From: a bacterium
GTDB lineage: Bacteria > SAR324 > NAC60-12
Reading direction: 5' to 3'
Assembly: GCA_965209155.1 (NCBI GenBank)
Contig: OZ242383.1
Span: 3,456,001-3,520,000 of the forward strand
DNA length: 64,000 bases
Both the position numbers and the translations under genes were made by a program. Below, in pieces: positions 62,152 through 64,000 of the stretch (within the stretch, counting starts at the first letter, position 1; the number at the start of each line of letters is the position of its first letter). A model generated the notes under the pieces. It saw only the letters and a list, made by a program, of their open reading frames with translations, was not told where the DNA came from and did not search any database.

Positions 62152-64000
62152 ATGAGTATTATAAAAAAACTTGTCGCCTCCTTCGTGGGGCTGAACCCGG
62201 CAGGCTCCTGGTCTGCTGTACAAAAACTTGTCCTCGCAAAAGCGGGGATGCAATCATTATTGCTCACCTTAACCCTGGTGGTGACCGCCTTTTGGGTCAG
62301 CCAGGCAGCCATGGCGGCTGAGAAAATGATGGTCACAGATCCCACCACCGGGGAGATGGTAACCGCTCCGGAGTATGGCGGGACCTTGACCTATGTCCGC
62401 AAGCAGGTGGGTGAGCATACGGACGTCTATTTCATTAGTGGCTGGGCGACCCACTTCATCAGTGGCGTTCTGGAGCAGCTCAGCATCGCGGACTGGGGAA
62501 TAGATCGGGACGTGGAGGACTGGAAAACAACGTTCGTCCATCTCGATGGCTTAAAAGGGGCGCTGGCGGAAAGCTGGTCGCAACCCGACCCACTGACCTA
62601 TGTCTTCAAAATCCGCCAGGGCGTTCACTGGCATGACAAGGCCCCCATGAATGGCAGAGCCTTGACCGCTAAGGACGTCGAATTTAACTGGCACCGTTAT
62701 ATGGGTCTGGGCAGCGGCTTCACCGAACCGAACGCCTCGTTTTGGGGACCCCTGAACACGTATAAGTGGGAATCGGTCACGGCCACCGACGATTCGACGG
62801 TGGTCTTCAAGCTGAAGGAGCCGGCGCGCGCTGACGTGCTATACTGGATTCTTGCCCACTACAATGCTTTCATGTACCCTCCCGAGGTCATCAAGGAACA
62901 CGGCGACGTTACGGATTGGAAGAACCTGGTCGGCACCGGGCCCTTTATGCTGACGGACTACGTCGAGGACAGCACTATCACCTGGGACAAGAACCCCAAC
63001 TACTGGGGCTTTGACGAAAAATACCCGGAGAACCGCCTGCCCTATATTGACCAGTTGAGGGGCTTGGTTATGCCGGAACCAGCCGTATTTGTGGCGGCAC
63101 TACGCTCGGCTAAGGCTGATTACGCAGGGACCCCCGGCGACTCTCAAATCAGGTCTATCGACACGGTAGAGAGCCTCAAGAAGACCAACCCCGAACTCGT
63201 GATTCACCCGTATTGGTATCGCTCGGATAACGCTTTTACTTTTAACGTGAAGAAGAAGCCCTTTGACGATATCAGGGTGCGCCAGGCCATGCAGATGGCC
63301 CTGGACCATGAGACCATTAACAAGACCTTCTTTAAGGGTTATGGCAACCCGGAACCCAGCGGGCATCTTGCGCGGGACGCCAAAGGGTTAGTCGTCCCAT
63401 TTCCGGAGTGGCCCGCAGAGGTCAAGAAATACTATACCTATGACCCGGAAGGGGCGAAACAGCTTCTGGCGGAAGCGGGCTTTCCCAATGGCTTCAAGAC
63501 CGTCCTGAACGCTTCGTTACGCTATGACCTGAGCTACCTGGAATTGGCTGCTCAATTCTGGCGTGAGATTGGCATCGAGGCAGAAATTAAAAGTATGGAT
63601 TCACAAGCGATGAGGGCGTGGGTAAACGACCCGAGTTATGAAGGTTTCAATGCCTATAGCACGGCCCACAGGTGGATCCCTCTCTCGATTGTGGAGCAGA
63701 GTTACTCGAAGGCGTCGAGGGTAAACTGGCGGGAAATCGCTGAACCGGAATATGACGCCTTGTATGAAACCGCCATAGCCACTGACGACCTTGAGGAGCA
63801 GAGGAGGCTGATTAGAGAGATGGATATGTATGGCGTAGAGAAGCATTGGGTAATATGGGGAACCGAAACGCCGCAGTTTAACGTGCACCAGCCGTGGGTC
63901 ATCGGTTATAACGGTGAACTCTGGTTGGGACAGGGTCAACATAATACCCCCTTCACCCGTCTCTGGATTGATAGTGAGCTGAAGAAAGAAATGGGGCACT
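62152..64000 (+). CDS. ABC transporter substrate-binding protein, family 5 (runs to the window edge; missing from the ORF track)
   Basis: GAGG RBS, signal peptide ...SQAAMA-A, VTDPTTGEMVTAPEYGGT, LAESW, RQGVHWH, GTGPF, KPFDDIRVRQA; ends LWIDSELKKEMGH at the edge. Alternative start 62248. Confidence 0.92.
   Translation, partial: MSIIKKLVASFVGLNPAGSWSAVQKLVLAKAGMQSLLLTLTLVVTAFWVSQAAMAAEKMMVTDPTTGEMVTAPEYGGTLTYVRKQVGEHTDVYFISGWATHFISGVLEQLSIADWGIDRDVEDWKTTFVHLDGLKGALAESWSQPDPLTYVFKIRQGVHWHDKAPMNGRALTAKDVEFNWHRYMGLGSGFTEPNASFWGPLNTYKWESVTATDDSTVVFKLKEPARADVLYWILAHYNAFMYPPEVIKEHGDVTDWKNLVGTGPFMLTDYVEDSTITWDKNPNYWGFDEKYPENRLPYIDQLRGLVMPEPAVFVAALRSAKADYAGTPGDSQIRSIDTVESLKKTNPELVIHPYWYRSDNAFTFNVKKKPFDDIRVRQAMQMALDHETINKTFFKGYGNPEPSGHLARDAKGLVVPFPEWPAEVKKYYTYDPEGAKQLLAEAGFPNGFKTVLNASLRYDLSYLELAAQFWREIGIEAEIKSMDSQAMRAWVNDPSYEGFNAYSTAHRWIPLSIVEQSYSKASRVNWREIAEPEYDALYETAIATDDLEEQRRLIREMDMYGVEKHWVIWGTETPQFNVHQPWVIGYNGELWLGQGQHNTPFTRLWIDSELKKEMGH

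Noticed and set aside
63100..63999. Minus-strand ORFs at the window end
   Set aside because: Shadows of the plus-strand SBP gene, which the track missed because its stop lies beyond the edge.

Overview
Bacterial chromosomal window. Gene content and codon style suggest a deltaproteobacterium-like organism such as SAR324, but this is inference only. The housekeeping core (about 4.7-52 kb) holds rlmN, MFS, acyltransferase, larE, thiI, splB-like, ribF, dihydroorotase, hemB/hemH/hemL, surE, ileS, lon, an M16 peptidase, pncA/pncB, trkH, thiN, a CIRCE-controlled hrcA-grpE-dnaK-dnaJ operon, recJ, DUF368 and ccr. Two decaying accessory zones flank it. 0-4.7 kb has an IS110 remnant, a DUF4160/DUF2442 pair, a frameshifted IS and a MITE. 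52-64 kb has IS200, IS256, IS66 and IS5 remnants, broken restriction-modification genes, a 58-bp direct repeat and an ABC substrate-binding protein. The most unusual object is a 567-bp transposase-less element in two near-identical inverted copies (22800-23366, 53222-53788). It has IS200/IS605-type hairpin ends and carries one four-helix-bundle (23S rRNA intervening-sequence-like) gene inside a perfect 20-bp inverted repeat made of hexamer units. Also notable: a candidate 6S-like structured RNA, a thiD::thiC deletion scar, REP-carrying MITEs and a Ccr with a non-canonical CO2-pocket motif. No CRISPR array, rRNA or tRNA was seen. All family assignments come from motif recognition by eye, not from database searches.
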